Below, one piece after another: positions 32,491-33,826 of a stretch of 33,826 nt of DNA (within the stretch, counting starts at the first letter, position 1; every line of letters starts with the position of its first letter). Origin of the DNA: Octopus bimaculoides (lineage: Eukaryota). The DNA is taken from NCBI RefSeq assembly GCF_001194135.2, contig NC_069001.1:13329987-13363812 (forward strand). Reading direction: 5' to 3'. Under the pieces are notes generated by a model that was not told where the DNA came from, searched no databases, and saw nothing but the letters and a program-made list of their open reading frames with translations. The translations under genes were made by a program, and so were the position numbers.

Positions 32491-32718
32491 TTTTTCTGAA
32501 AAAAAAAGTCTCATGGCTGTATTGCATTGATTGTAGATATATTCAATCAGGGCTAACCTAGGGTTAAATAGTGCATGCATCTTATTTAACATAATATATA
32601 GTAAGGAGGGTGTTCCAATGTGGCGAGTTATTCTGCTAGATATAGCAATCAAATCAGCTCCAAATTTACACCTGACTCTTAAAAAGAAAGAAGGTCACAT
32701 CAGCTGTTGTAATCGTTG

Positions 32719-32763
<45 letters not shown>

Positions 32764-32980
32764 GTTAGAATTTACAAAAAAAAAAAAAACGAATCAGGTG
32801 TGTTACAACAAACGGGTGTATTAGTTTAACGCTCAGGAAGGTGAGAAAGTCTGTTAAGTTTTGATCCTATATATATATATCATGGGATGGCTAGGGATGG
32901 GATACTATATGATTATAGATCTGCAGGATTAAGGGTAACATTGGAATTAACATACATACGTCTGTCACACACACACACAC

Positions 32981-33135
32981 TCGTGGCTGGTTGGTAAGAA
33001 GTTTGCTTCTCATACATATAGTTCTGGTTTCAGTCCCACTGTGCTCTCTCTTGGCAAGTGTCTTCTACAATAACCTGTGGCTGACCAAAGCTTTGTGAGT
33101 GAATTTGGTACACAGAAGCTGAAAGAACGCTGCTG
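32981..33135 (+). mobile_element. Degenerate SINE family A 5' half
   Basis: GGTAAGAAGTTTGCTTC...TTCAGTCCCACTG...TTGGCAAGTGTCTTCTAC. Confidence 0.8.
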
Positions 33136-33497
33136 TACACATATACACATATAACACAAAGGCAGATACCGTACACACAATCTATTAAAATTCAGACATG
33201 GCTAATAACACAGAATATTAGGAAACATTAAAAATCGTTTAAAATAAACAGTTGAGTTCTCTTTGGAGGGTTTCAGGCAGAATTTGGAGTATACTATCAA
33301 GACAAAATAATGAAGAATGCAGAGTTGCATATCTTTAAAATTTATTTAATGAAAATCATTTTTTGCATATCAAATTCTAACATGTGTTTCTCCCGAAGAA
33401 GTGTCTTAGGATGCTTTGATATGATTGTTTTGTGCATCTAATCGATTTATACATACATATATACATGTGTGGGTGCGTGCGTGTGTCCCCGTCTGTC

Positions 33498-33533
<36 letters not shown>

Positions 33534-33826
33534 AAAGATGAGAGTCTATATGCTTGTACATATGTGTTTATTTTACAAACATATTCAGTTATATGTATCT
33601 ATCTATCTATATAGGTAAAGTAAAAGTTGATCCTCTCTATCAATTATATACCCATATAATGATGCAACGACTATAAAGCTTGAAACATGTGTACCGCGGA
33701 ATCCTTTGTGTTCTGTTTTTATTTGAATGTTTTTAATTTATCTATCTATATATATATAATACCCTACCTCTGGTATTTGAGTACTCTTTTTTCCACCTTG
33801 TTGCACATTATTATTATTATATATAT

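Noticed and set aside
510-33826. Most ORFs in the supplied track (poly-Thr, poly-Val, [12 protein letters not shown], and those containing X runs)
   Set aside because: Translations of di- and trinucleotide microsatellites or read-through of N gaps.

Overview
Eukaryotic, AT-rich, microsatellite-saturated draft-assembly window with 18 N-gaps (about 6.6 kb, about 20%). The repeat content strongly resembles octopus (cephalopod) DNA; this is recognition from memory, not a database search. No long ORF is real: nearly all tracked ORFs are microsatellite or gap read-through. Identifiable content: many copies of at least four tRNA-headed or RTE-tailed SINE-like families, a 5'-truncated R4/Dong-type LINE end encoding a restriction-like endonuclease remnant, and one plausible short coding exon (25789-25843). 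The main unannotated signal is a dense set of minimal type I hammerhead-ribozyme (HHR) motifs: CUGANGA, stem II, GAAA, and a short, often palindromic stem III. Three have all conserved core nucleotides and a plausible stem I (3328-3386, 19273-19331, 23133-23178). A fourth has the core but a weak stem I (28011-28062), and several more are decayed relics. Two occur as clear head-to-head inverted pairs, as expected of Penelope-like pseudo-LTRs, and a third possible pair lies at 14068-14127. One sits in a roughly 340-nt self-complementary segment (19203-19543) that looks like a retrozyme-type monomer able to form a circular RNA. All folds were derived by eye; ribozyme activity is untested.
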